Shown one piece after another: positions 43,817 to 51,972 of a stretch of DNA of 64,000 nt. The notes beneath the pieces are model-generated. The model saw only the letters and a program-made list of their open reading frames with translations, ran no database searches and had not been told where the DNA came from. Source of the DNA: Candidatus Calditenuaceae archaeon (GTDB taxonomy: Archaea > Thermoproteota > Nitrososphaeria_A > Caldarchaeales > Calditenuaceae); NCBI GenBank assembly GCA_025058225.1, contig JANXEE010000003.1, forward strand, positions 20,366-84,365. Direction: 5' to 3'. Position numbers and translations under genes: made by a program. Within the stretch, counting starts at the first letter, position 1. Each line of letters opens with the position of its first letter.

Positions 43817-44989
43817 ATGGCTGAGGAGGGGTCCGCGAGGAGGGTGCTGATACTGGTGATCGACGAGGACAACGACGTCGGCAGGAAGGCGGGCTGGGTC
43901 ACCCCCATCGTTGGAAGGGACAGGAACTTCCTCGCAGCTAAGGACCTCCTCCTCTCGGACCCAGAGGAGGCCGATGCCAACGCGATGTTCGCGGCGATTA
44001 AGCTGTACGACGAGCTTTCAAAGGGGGCCGAGAGTACCGTTGAGATAGCGACCGTCTCTGGTAAGCCCGGCGGCGGGCTCGACTCTGATAGGAAGCTGTC
44101 TCAAGAGATCGAGCAAGTACTCGTTGAGTTCCCGGCCACCGAAGGGATAGTCGTCACGGACGGCCCCCTCTCAGAGTCTGTCAGCGCGATCATCACGTCG
44201 AGGATTAAGGTGATCTCTGTGAGGAAACTGGTCGTCAAGCAGAGCACCTCGATCGAGACGACTTGGATACTTTTGGGGAAGTACTTCAAGACCGCGCTCT
44301 TCGAATCGGAGTACGCGAGGGTCCTCCTCGGCATACCAGGGACCTTCCTGCTCGCGATAGGAGTGCTCTTCTACTACAACCTGCTCACACCCGCCACCCT
44401 GCTGATACTCGTCGGCATCGTGCTGGCGATGAGGGGTTTCGGGATAGACACAGCGGTGGCCTCTTACTTCAGGAAGCTGCAGATGATTCCCACGCGTCCT
44501 GCCCTCTATCAGGTCAGAGTCTACGTGGGATTCTCTTCGGCGATACTGGTCGTCGTCGCGCTCGTCGCAGGCATAAACAGCGTCGCCACCTATATCGCTC
44601 AGAACCTCCCTCCACCCTCGACAACCGCACAGGACCCTGTCTTCTGGGCCCAGAGGATGCCACTGTTAGCAGGCGTGATGTTGTTGAGCTCGATCGACCT
44701 AGTCATCATCTCAACGTCGATATCGCTGCTCTACGACCTCATCTATCAGATATACTTAAGGAGCGCACGCGTGGTCAGGTCTGCCCAGGCGATCGTCCTG
44801 ATGGTGTTCCTCTGGGCCCTGATGAGGGCTTTGGGTAGCTACCTGGTGAGGGGGGAGGAGATCTACATCACACAGATGATACTGATAGTCATAATGGGCA
44901 TAGCATCGCTCGCGACGATGTATATCTTGCTCTCGGCTGTGGGACTGGGATTCATCCGGAGCAGGAGGACCGAGCGTGGGTCAGAGTGA
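43817..44989 (+). CDS. DUF373-family archaeal integral membrane protein
   Basis: A soluble N-terminal domain (RVLILVIDEDNDVGRKAG..TPIVGRDRN...DPEEADANAMFAAIKLYDEL) followed by multiple TM segments, as in DUF373. Confidence 0.55.
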   Translation: MAEEGSARRVLILVIDEDNDVGRKAGWVTPIVGRDRNFLAAKDLLLSDPEEADANAMFAAIKLYDELSKGAESTVEIATVSGKPGGGLDSDRKLSQEIEQVLVEFPATEGIVVTDGPLSESVSAIITSRIKVISVRKLVVKQSTSIETTWILLGKYFKTALFESEYARVLLGIPGTFLLAIGVLFYYNLLTPATLLILVGIVLAMRGFGIDTAVASYFRKLQMIPTRPALYQVRVYVGFSSAILVVVALVAGINSVATYIAQNLPPPSTTAQDPVFWAQRMPLLAGVMLLSSIDLVIISTSISLLYDLIYQIYLRSARVVRSAQAIVLMVFLWALMRALGSYLVRGEEIYITQMILIVIMGIASLATMYILLSAVGLGFIRSRRTERGSE

Positions 44990-45771
44990 TACGACATCTC
45001 CTGAGGGCTTTCGGAGTCTACGCGCTCTACGAGGCTTTGCTGCTCAGGGGTGTGAGCAAGAGGGAGCCTCCCAGACACATCGCCGTCATCCTCGACGGCA
45101 ACCGCAGGTGGGCGAAGCAGAACGGCCTCTCCATCGAAGAGGGGTACAGGATGGGTGCAAAGCGGGTCGAGGAGCTTCTCAGGTGGTGTCTCGAGCTGGG
45201 CGTGAATACCGTCACCCTCTACGTTCTATCACTGGAAAACATGATCAGAAGGCCGAAGGAAGAGGTTGAGACCATTTACAAGGTCCTCGTGGAATCGACC
45301 GAGCGGTTCCTGCTGGACGAAGAGGTGAGGTCGAAGGGTGTAAGGGTGAAGGTCATCGGAAGGAACTGGGTCCTGCCCGAAGAGGTCGCGAGCGCCCTCG
45401 AGCGACTCGAGCGTGAGACTTCCCACAACAGCAACCACTTCCTGATACTCGCGGTCGCTTACGGTGGCAGGGACGAGATCATTCAAGCGGTCAGGCGGGT
45501 GGCCCACGACGTCAGCAGGGGGGAGCTGTCTCTGGAGGACGTCAATGAGGACGTCTTCAGCAGGTATCTGTTCACCGGCGAGCTACCTTTCCCCGAACCA
45601 GATCTGGTGATAAGGACCTCCGGTGAGGAGAGGATCAGCAACTTCCTCCTCTGGCAGATCGCCTACAGCGAGCTTATCTTCCTGGACGTCTACTGGCCCG
45701 AGTTCAGGAGGATCGACCTCCTGAGAGCCATCAGGACCTATCAGGCCAGAAGTAGGCGGTTCGGGGCCTAG
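44986..45771 (+). CDS. uppS: cis-Prenyltransferase (undecaprenyl/di-trans,poly-cis-polyprenyl diphosphate synthase)
   Basis: PRHIAVILDGNRRWAK, RTSGEERISNFLLWQIAYSEL and YQARSRRFG; 261 aa. Confidence 0.85.
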   Translation: MIRHLLRAFGVYALYEALLLRGVSKREPPRHIAVILDGNRRWAKQNGLSIEEGYRMGAKRVEELLRWCLELGVNTVTLYVLSLENMIRRPKEEVETIYKVLVESTERFLLDEEVRSKGVRVKVIGRNWVLPEEVASALERLERETSHNSNHFLILAVAYGGRDEIIQAVRRVAHDVSRGELSLEDVNEDVFSRYLFTGELPFPEPDLVIRTSGEERISNFLLWQIAYSELIFLDVYWPEFRRIDLLRAIRTYQARSRRFGA

Positions 45772-46859
45772 CTGATAACGTATGCTGAGTAATCGAACTT
45801 GGTCAACCTCTCGACGCCCTTCTCTGTTACCAGCAGTGTGTCCTCAATCCTTATTCCCCACCGGTCCTTGAGGTACACGCCGGGTTCACAGGTCACGACC
45901 ATGTTCGCGGCCAGCTTCTCCGAGCTGGTCGGCGACATCCTTGGAGGCTCGTGGATGTCCAAACCCACTCCGTGTCCGAGGCTGTGCATGAAGAACTCAG
46001 AGAGCGTGTGCTCTGCGAGCTTGTTGCGCGCCACCGCGTCCGGATATCCGCAGAGCGTCTCGGGTTTGATGTACTGTTCAGCAGCTTCCTTCGCAGCCAC
46101 CACCGCTTCGTAGGCCGATGCGAACTGCGCCTCAGGCTCGCCGATGAAGAAGGTCCTCGTGATGTCGGAGTTGTACCCCTCCACTACTGCACCTAGGTCT
46201 ATGACCACAGCGTCACCTTCCCTGAGGAGTCTGTCCTGTTCACCGGGCCTTTGAAGCGGCCCGTGGGGGAGGGCCGACCTCGGGCCTGAAGCGACTATGA
46301 CGTCGAAGGCCAACCTCTCGCCCCCAGACCTGTAAACCTCGCTGACTATCTCGGCCTTCACCTCGTTCTCGGTGATGCCCGTGTAAAGCATTTCGTAGGC
46401 GGTCCGCATCGCACGATCGGCGACCTCGCACGCTTTCCTTATCGCACCGATCTCGTAATCGTCCTTCAGCTCCCTGAGTTCCCAGATGATCTCCCCGCCC
46501 GGCCTCAGCTCGGTCGGAGCCAAAAGCCCTGAGACGAACCTGTAATCGTCCAAAGACATCTCGTCGATCGCCGTAACCCCGCCGACGGTGCTGACAGATT
46601 CGGCCACGACTACGTTGAAACGTTCGTCTATCTTAGTCGCTACGACCTCGAGGAAGTCGGGTGCATAGGTCTCTGCCACGTTCCTCGAAAGCGGAGGCAC
46701 GAAAAGCGTTTTGTTCCTCTTGGTCGATACCAGGAGAGCCGCGGGCCCCTCAATCCCAGTGAAGTAAAGGAGGTTGGACTTGCCTGTTATCAGGAAGTTG
46801 TCGATGCCGTGAAGCCTCATCAGGGTCAGTAGCTTCTCGACCCGCTCCTTGTACCTCAT
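45768..46859 (-). CDS. M24-family Xaa-Pro dipeptidase/aminopeptidase
   Basis: Metal-ligand blocks VVIDLGAVVEGYNSDITRT, HSLGHGVGLDIHEPP and CEPGVY...GIRIEDT. I prefer the ATG at 46859 (MRYKERVEKLL, 363 aa), with ctttaatgc about 30 nt upstream. Confidence 0.8.
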   Translation of the reverse strand: MRYKERVEKLLTLMRLHGIDNFLITGKSNLLYFTGIEGPAALLVSTKRNKTLFVPPLSRNVAETYAPDFLEVVATKIDERFNVVVAESVSTVGGVTAIDEMSLDDYRFVSGLLAPTELRPGGEIIWELRELKDDYEIGAIRKACEVADRAMRTAYEMLYTGITENEVKAEIVSEVYRSGGERLAFDVIVASGPRSALPHGPLQRPGEQDRLLREGDAVVIDLGAVVEGYNSDITRTFFIGEPEAQFASAYEAVVAAKEAAEQYIKPETLCGYPDAVARNKLAEHTLSEFFMHSLGHGVGLDIHEPPRMSPTSSEKLAANMVVTCEPGVYLKDRWGIRIEDTLLVTEKGVERLTKFDYSAYVIS

Positions 46860-46995
46860 GTCATTGAGACCTCTCTCGGATGCATTAAAGGGCTTCGTGG
46901 GCCGGAAGCACATCGGTCGTTCATCGGCGCACACCCGTTAGCTCACCGATACGTGCCGGCACCTCCTCGAGGGCCCGCCTCCCGCCTCGAAAAAA

Positions 46996-47119
46996 CTGCT
47001 GGAGTGGAGTTTGAACACGTGAACCCCTCGTAAGCAGGTCTTCAACTTGTATGAATCTTAAGCCTACCACCTCCAAAGCCTCCAACAAGGCTTCTTTAAC
47101 CAAGCCTGGCTACCCCTGC
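46996..47119 (-). pseudogene. Degenerate tRNA-Leu(TAA)-like copy (not foldable into an intact tRNA)
   Basis: The minus strand reads GCAGGGGTAGCCAGGCTTGGTTAAAG...GGTAGGCTTAAGATT...GTGTTCAAACTCCAC. The first 26 nt match the 5' end of the intact tRNA-Leu at 22/26, and the anticodon-loop CTTAAGA is shared. No 3' acceptor strand (CCCCTGC) and no pairing T-stem are present. A T6 tract follows. Confidence 0.4.
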
Positions 47120-47248
47120 CACATTCATCGTTGCTCCGTCCTTCAACGGATGCGAAAGAGGTTTGGTACCGGCTGATAGGAGGTTTGACAGGGACAGAGT
47201 TTCGGAGACATTGAAGATGGTGAGGGGCTGGTCCAATTTTGTGACGGG

Positions 47249-47803
47249 TCAAACTTTGAGTAATGCTCGGAATCCTCGGCTGCCGTAGAACGAGGGGGCG
47301 CTGTTGGCGCATACGAAAACCGTGTTGTACCTGCGTTCGCCGAAGAGTGCGCCGCCGAGCTTTCTTACGCTGGCGGGTGTTTTGAGCCAGCTCGACGTCC
47401 TCGTGTCGAATTCGCCGATTGTCTGCAACCATCTGTACTGTTCTTCCGTCAAAACCTCGACGCCCATGGCGGCAGCCATGTCCACGACGTTCCCCTTTGG
47501 ACGAACACCTTTCTTCAGTCTGAGGGCCATGGCTTCTCCGTCGTAGCAGAGGCTTCTCCGGCCCGAAGGACTTTCGGGCGCGCAATCCACGAACACCAAC
47601 TGGTCACAGGATTCGTCGTAGGCTACTAAAGCAGGCTCGCCTCCAGTCTTTTCCATCTCATACAACGAAACGAGCTTTTCAGGGCTGTTCAGCAAACGAG
47701 CCTCGACGTGAGACCATTCAAGGCCGTGCAAACGACTGGCATAGACGTCAAACCTTTGTTTCAGCAGGCCCAACAACCTCTCACGATGATCAGCAGAGAC
47801 CAT
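47249..47803 (-). CDS. DUF4256-family protein
   Basis: 184 aa. MEKTGGEPALV, DCAPESPSGRRSLCYD, LTEEQYRWLQTIGEFDTRTSSWLKTP and LGGALFGERRYNTVFV...YGSRGFRALLKV match the DUF4256 pattern as I recall it. Confidence 0.65.
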   Translation of the reverse strand: MVSADHRERLLGLLKQRFDVYASRLHGLEWSHVEARLLNSPEKLVSLYEMEKTGGEPALVAYDESCDQLVFVDCAPESPSGRRSLCYDGEAMALRLKKGVRPKGNVVDMAAAMGVEVLTEEQYRWLQTIGEFDTRTSSWLKTPASVRKLGGALFGERRYNTVFVCANSAPSFYGSRGFRALLKV

Positions 47804-47835
47804 TCACCCCGGCAATGTTTTCCCTCTCTTAATCT

Positions 47836-48345
47836 TTGTCAACGACCGCGGGCCTTTTGGGCACCGAAAACGAAAGCCACACACGAAAATCGCCCCTTCA
47901 AACCTTGAATCCGCGTCAGAAACTGTTTAGACGGACGCAAGGACACGCGGTCCTCGTCAACGCTTTTGCGACCGTGAGGGATGTTCTGGGCAGGGCCGGG
48001 AAAATATCCGTCGAGCTTCGGGAGGATGCTGATGTCAAGTCTTTGCTAAATGTTCTTGCCCGCTGGTTTGGCGAAAAATTCACCCAAGAAGTTTTGAATG
48101 AGGACGAGCTGCCTGAGAAATCGATTAAAATTTACGTCAACGGCAGGGACGTCGATTTTCCGAACGGACTGTCTAAGGTTGTGAAAGACGGCGACGAAGG
48201 GTTGTGCGGAGCCGATTTAACCGTGAGGGAGCTCGAGCGGTATGATAGGAGGTTGCGTCTCCGGAACTTGGTCTGGACTGTCAGGGTAGGCTGAAGCGGT
48301 CGAAGGCGCTTGTCGCCGGTGTCGGCGGGCTCGGCGGCTTGTGAC
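47836..48345 (+). pseudogene. Decayed MoaD/ThiS-like sulfur carrier fused to the first ~45 codons of a ThiF/MoeB (E1-like) gene
   Basis: The MoaD-like part is VLVNAFATVRDVLG...IKIYVNGRDV...LSKVVKDGDE and lacks the C-terminal GG. It runs directly into LTVRELERYDRRLRL (E1 N-terminal motif). After a frameshift near 48268 the sequence continues GLDCQGRLKRSKALVAGVGGLGGL-stop, i.e. the GxGxxG loop. The rest of the E1 domain is absent. Confidence 0.5.
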
Positions 48346-48399
48346 TTGATGTTTCCCCAGACATGAGAATAAAAATGTTTATCACCCGGATGGACGGGT

Positions 48400-49317
48400 T
48401 TGGGCATATTGAGTGAGTGGAGGTTTAATCAGAAAATCGTTCCGCATCTTTGGTTTGATAAGCAAGCCAAGGAGGCGGCTGAGTTTTATGTGTCTGTTTT
48501 CGATGAAGATTCGGAGATTGAGTGGTCAAGAACACTCCGCAACACGCCGTCGGGCGACGCTGAGCTTCTGTCCTTCAGGCTGCGAGGCTACCGGTTCATG
48601 GCCATCAACGGTGGGCCGTTTTTCAAATTCAACCCTTCCATAACGTTCATGGTAAATTTCAACCCATCCAGAGACAAAAATGCGCGCACCGATTTAGTCC
48701 GGGTTTGGGAAAAATTATCTCACGGAGGTCTAACGGTCACGCCTTTAGCCAAGACGTTTTTTAGCCAACTATATGGTTGCATACGCGATAAATATGGTCT
48801 AACGTGGAGTCTGATTCTGTCTAACACCAATCCCGGTGATGAAGTACGGCCCTTCATCATTCCGGTTCTCTCTTTCGAGGGCGAGGTTGCGGGTAGAGCT
48901 GAAGAAGCCATCGACCACTATTCGTCAGTTTTCAGGAACTCGAGAAAGGGAATGGCCCTCCGTTATGAAAATGGTTTGCTTTTTTCCGATTTTATGCTTG
49001 AAGGGCAGTGGTTCGCGGCAACCGATGGCTCACCCCAATCTCTCAACAGATTTAACGAATCAGTCTCTTTCATGATCTACTGCAGAACTCAGGCGGAAAT
49101 CGACTATTACTGGGATAAGCTTTCAGCCGTCCCTGAAGCTGAGCAGTGCGGCTGGCTGAAGGACAGGTTTGGGGTATCATGGCAGGTTGTGCCTGAGCTG
49201 ATGGATGAGATGATGGTAGAGGCTACGGAGGAACAATTAGCAAGGCTCACGTGGGCTGTCCTCAGGATGAAAAAACTCGAAACCGAGTCGTTGAAGAAAA
49301 TTTACGACACCGAATAA
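48400..49317 (+). CDS. Two-domain VOC-superfamily protein (PhnB / 3-demethylubiquinone-9 3-methyltransferase-domain family)
   Basis: Domain 1 is IVPHLWFDKQAKEAAEFYVSVF...FMAINGGPFFKFNPSITFMV. Domain 2 is SVSFMIYCRTQAEIDYYWDKLS...CGWLKDRFGVSWQVVP. Confidence 0.7.
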   Translation: MGILSEWRFNQKIVPHLWFDKQAKEAAEFYVSVFDEDSEIEWSRTLRNTPSGDAELLSFRLRGYRFMAINGGPFFKFNPSITFMVNFNPSRDKNARTDLVRVWEKLSHGGLTVTPLAKTFFSQLYGCIRDKYGLTWSLILSNTNPGDEVRPFIIPVLSFEGEVAGRAEEAIDHYSSVFRNSRKGMALRYENGLLFSDFMLEGQWFAATDGSPQSLNRFNESVSFMIYCRTQAEIDYYWDKLSAVPEAEQCGWLKDRFGVSWQVVPELMDEMMVEATEEQLARLTWAVLRMKKLETESLKKIYDTE

Positions 49318-49361
49318 TTTCACCAACAAAATCGAGAGATGGCTTTTGGTGCCGTGATGGA

Positions 49362-49532
49362 TGCGGGGGGTGGGATTTGAACCCACGAACCCTTCCGCCC
49401 TCTTCGAACTCGGTCTACGGGAGCGGGTCCCTCATCCTTCGGGAGCAGATCCCTCTGGCCGAAACCACGGGAGCAGGTCTCTCACCCTCGATCTTAAGCC
49501 CGCCGCCTTTGACCAGGCTTGGCTACCCCCGC
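49362..49532 (-). tRNA. tRNA-Leu (anticodon TAA) with two predicted introns
   Basis: Hand fold of the minus strand. Acceptor GCGGGGG/CCCCCGC, D-arm GCCAAGCCTGGTCAAAGGC, anticodon stem GCGGG/CCCGC with loop CTTAAG|A, T-arm GTGGG-TTCAAAT-CCCAC, discriminator A. A 64-nt intron follows position 37 (nt 49429-49492). About 22 nt lie in the variable arm (about 49393-49414), leaving TCCCGTAG/GGGTTC. The mature length would be about 85 nt. No encoded CCA. Confidence 0.75.
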
Positions 49533-49555
49533 GCCGACTTTAAAGGGCCCTTGGG

Positions 49556-49564
49556 AAATTTATA
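49556..49564 (-). promoter_or_regulatory. TATA box of tRNA-Leu
   Basis: The minus strand reads tataaattt, centred about 28 nt upstream of the tRNA 5' end at 49532. Confidence 0.45.
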
Positions 49565-50030
49565 GCTTCTGCGAGCGACATGAGCGATGTTCCGGAGGCC
49601 TGTTCACCCCCGGTGGCCGGATACGTACTAGCTCCCGGAGAGGATCATCGGTTCAAATCCCAGCCAACCATGAACTCGTTAGAGCGAATTGCTTGCGATG
49701 CACACCCGAATGGTCAAGCCCTACTTCCTGCGGTGTTCGAGGAAGCGGTAAAAGAGGCTGGTGATGAGACGTGCAGGTGTGTCGCATTAACGCTCGCTGT
49801 CGATGAACTCTACAATGTGGACCATCGTCCGGTTGATCAAGAGGGGGATTTTCTGGGACAGGGCCTTTGGTGTCCCGCGCCCTCTCAACCCGGTAACCGA
49901 ACTTCTTTCCACTTCGCTGTTAGTCAAAGACGCTGAGAGTATAACATTTTGTATGCTTCTGTATACATTGAATGCGCTTACGGAAAAATACAATCAGTTT
50001 ATTAGAAATTTCGGATATTCCAGTAACGAG

Positions 50031-50543
50031 GTGAACCGGTTGGGTACCGTACAGGTTTCGGGTAAGGAGAGAGCTGAGGAGCGCGCAGCCGGGAAGGTCT
50101 CGATCATCCTGTCGAAGGGAAGCCTCGACATGGCGTACCCCGCCTTCATGATAGCTCAGACGGCGGCAGCGATGGGGATGGAGGTGCACGTCTTCGTCAC
50201 CTTCTGGGGGTTCGACGTGATCAGGAAGGACAGGGTGAACTCGCTAAAGCTGACCACCGTGGGCAACACGTCGCTCGGCATTCCCAACATCCTCGCTGTG
50301 ATCCCGGGCATGACGGCTCTAGCCACCAGAATGATGAAGGACCGCATGTCGAAGAACAAGGTGCCGGAGCTTTACCAACTGATCAAGCAGTCCACGGAGC
50401 TCGGCGTCAAGATACACGCCTGCTCGACGACGATGGCGGTCCTGGGGTTGAAGGAGAGCGACCTAATACCGGAGGTCTCGGATGTCGTGGGTGCGGCCAC
50501 GTTCCTGCAGCTCTCCGAAGGAGGGCAGGTGATCTTCATTTGA
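50031..50543 (+). CDS. DsrE/DsrF-like (COG2210) sulfur-relay family protein
   Basis: KVSIILSKGSLDMAYPAFMIAQTAAAMGMEVHVFVTFWGFDVI... and a C-terminal AATFLQLSEGGQVIFI. I prefer the GTG at 50031 (170 aa), which follows an AT-rich promoter-like stretch. The ORF-track start is 49803. Confidence 0.65.
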   Translation: MNRLGTVQVSGKERAEERAAGKVSIILSKGSLDMAYPAFMIAQTAAAMGMEVHVFVTFWGFDVIRKDRVNSLKLTTVGNTSLGIPNILAVIPGMTALATRMMKDRMSKNKVPELYQLIKQSTELGVKIHACSTTMAVLGLKESDLIPEVSDVVGAATFLQLSEGGQVIFI

Positions 50544-50773
50544 GGCGTTTGGTTGACGCAAGGGGCAGTTACTGTCCGGGACCTTTGACCGAGCTGATCA
50601 AGACGTTCAGGAACGCTGAGGTGGGGGACGAGATAGAGCTGCTCGCGACCGATCCGGCCGCCAAGAGCGATGTCTCCGCGTGGGCCAAGAAGAGCGGGAA
50701 CGAGGTGGTGGAAGTAAAGGACGAACAGGGCTACTTCAAGATCGTCGTGAGGGTGGTGAAGAAGGGAAGATGA
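50540..50773 (+). CDS. tusA: TusA/SirA-like sulfurtransferase
   Basis: 77 aa. DARGSYCPGPLTELIK carries the CPxP active-site motif. Start and stop overlap both neighbouring genes. Confidence 0.8.
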   Translation: MRRLVDARGSYCPGPLTELIKTFRNAEVGDEIELLATDPAAKSDVSAWAKKSGNEVVEVKDEQGYFKIVVRVVKKGR

Positions 50774-51972
50774 GCCCCAAAAGGATATCAGTCATCGGTG
50801 GAGGGACAGGGGGAACGCTGCTGGCCAACAAGTTGGTCTCTCTCCTGAAGGGAGAGGTCGCCAGGGGAGAGGTCGAGGTGCACCTGTTCACCGAGTCAAC
50901 GGAGCACGTCTTCTCACCAGGTAACATAGACATCGCGTTCAGGGGGGCTAGGCCAGAGAGTTTCAGGAGACGTGAGGGCGCCCTACTCGATCGGCGTGTC
51001 GTCCTCCATGAGAACGCGGTCAGCCGCGTTGACCTGGCGAACCGTGCTCTGTTCCACGACTCCGGGGTCATCAACTACGACTACTTGGTTCTGGCTACTG
51101 GTTCTGTCGCGAGGCCCGATATTATACCAGGGCTCAAGGAGTCATCCTACAACTTCCACACCGGACAGGAGGACGCCGGGAGAACCTGGGAGGCACTTTC
51201 GCGATTCGTCGGCGGTAGGATCGTGGTCCTGACAAACATACCGCACAAGTGCCCTCCTTCGCCGGTGGAGGCGGCCTTCTTGATCGAGGAGCTGATCCGG
51301 AAGAGGGGGATGAGGGACAGGGTCGAGATCTCCTACGCAACACCCTACACCAGGGCCTACCCGGCTCCAGCTATCGCGGAGGTCGTTGAGCCGATGATGG
51401 AAGAGAGGGGAATAAGGCTGTACACGATGTTCAACACCGATTACGTCGACCCAAAAGCCAAGAAGGTTTATTCCATTGAGGGCGAAGAACTGGAATTCGA
51501 TTTGCTGATAACCGTACCTCCCCACAGAGGAGCGGATGTCGTGTTCAGATCTGAGATGGGCGACTCCGAGGGTTGGATACCGACGGATAAGGAGACGATG
51601 AGGCATGAGGGAAGCGACGACGTCTACGTTATAGGTGACGCCACCAACATACCGATCTCCAAGTCAGGAGTTGTGGCCCACCTCGAGGCGATAGTCGCGG
51701 CTGAGAACGTCGCCTCGGACTTCCTCGGCACCGGAAAGGTTTACTGCTACACGGGAAGGATCAACTGCCCGCTGGAGCTGGGAGACAGCAGGGCGGTGTT
51801 CGTCTCGGCGACGTACGAGAAACCTCCCGCCCGTCAGAGGCCGTCTGTTGCGAAATATCTGATGAAGAGGGCCTTCGCGTCCGTCTACTGGGAGATGTTG
51901 AAGGGGAGGCTGGACCACGTCTTTGACCTGTACTTCGGTAAGCCGTACAGGGTGAAGAACGTTGCAAACTGA
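50770..51972 (+). CDS. Sulfide:quinone oxidoreductase-like FAD-dependent pyridine nucleotide-disulfide oxidoreductase
   Basis: The ATG at 50770 overlaps the tusA stop (ATGA). ISVIGGGTGGTLLANKL (FAD binding), PHKCPPSPVEAAF, YVIGDATNIP; 400 aa. Confidence 0.65.
   Translation: MSPKRISVIGGGTGGTLLANKLVSLLKGEVARGEVEVHLFTESTEHVFSPGNIDIAFRGARPESFRRREGALLDRRVVLHENAVSRVDLANRALFHDSGVINYDYLVLATGSVARPDIIPGLKESSYNFHTGQEDAGRTWEALSRFVGGRIVVLTNIPHKCPPSPVEAAFLIEELIRKRGMRDRVEISYATPYTRAYPAPAIAEVVEPMMEERGIRLYTMFNTDYVDPKAKKVYSIEGEELEFDLLITVPPHRGADVVFRSEMGDSEGWIPTDKETMRHEGSDDVYVIGDATNIPISKSGVVAHLEAIVAAENVASDFLGTGKVYCYTGRINCPLELGDSRAVFVSATYEKPPARQRPSVAKYLMKRAFASVYWEMLKGRLDHVFDLYFGKPYRVKNVAN

Larger units (their letters stand above)
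46996..49532. mobile_element. Putative remnant of a tRNA-Leu-targeted integrated element / horizontally acquired island
   Basis: Visibly lower G+C than the flanks. The cargo is bacterial-type families (DUF4256, PhnB-like VOC) plus a decayed MoaD-E1 gene. It is bracketed by an intact tRNA-Leu and a degenerate tRNA-Leu copy in the same orientation. No integrase was recognised. Confidence 0.35.

Noticed and set aside
47064-47585. 173-aa Arg-rich minus-strand ORF overlapping the DUF4256 gene
   Set aside because: It is out of frame with the DUF4256 gene, which has clear family motifs. Its composition is not protein-like.
49631-49670. GGTTCAAATCC T-loop-like motif on the plus strand downstream of a TATA-like aaatttata, which suggested a third intact tRNA gene
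   Set aside because: The flanking bases (ATCGG / CCCAG) do not form a T-stem. No complementary acceptor strands could be found within 150 nt. The TATA element fits better as the promoter of the minus-strand tRNA-Leu. I kept it only as a possible tRNA-derived fragment in the island finding.
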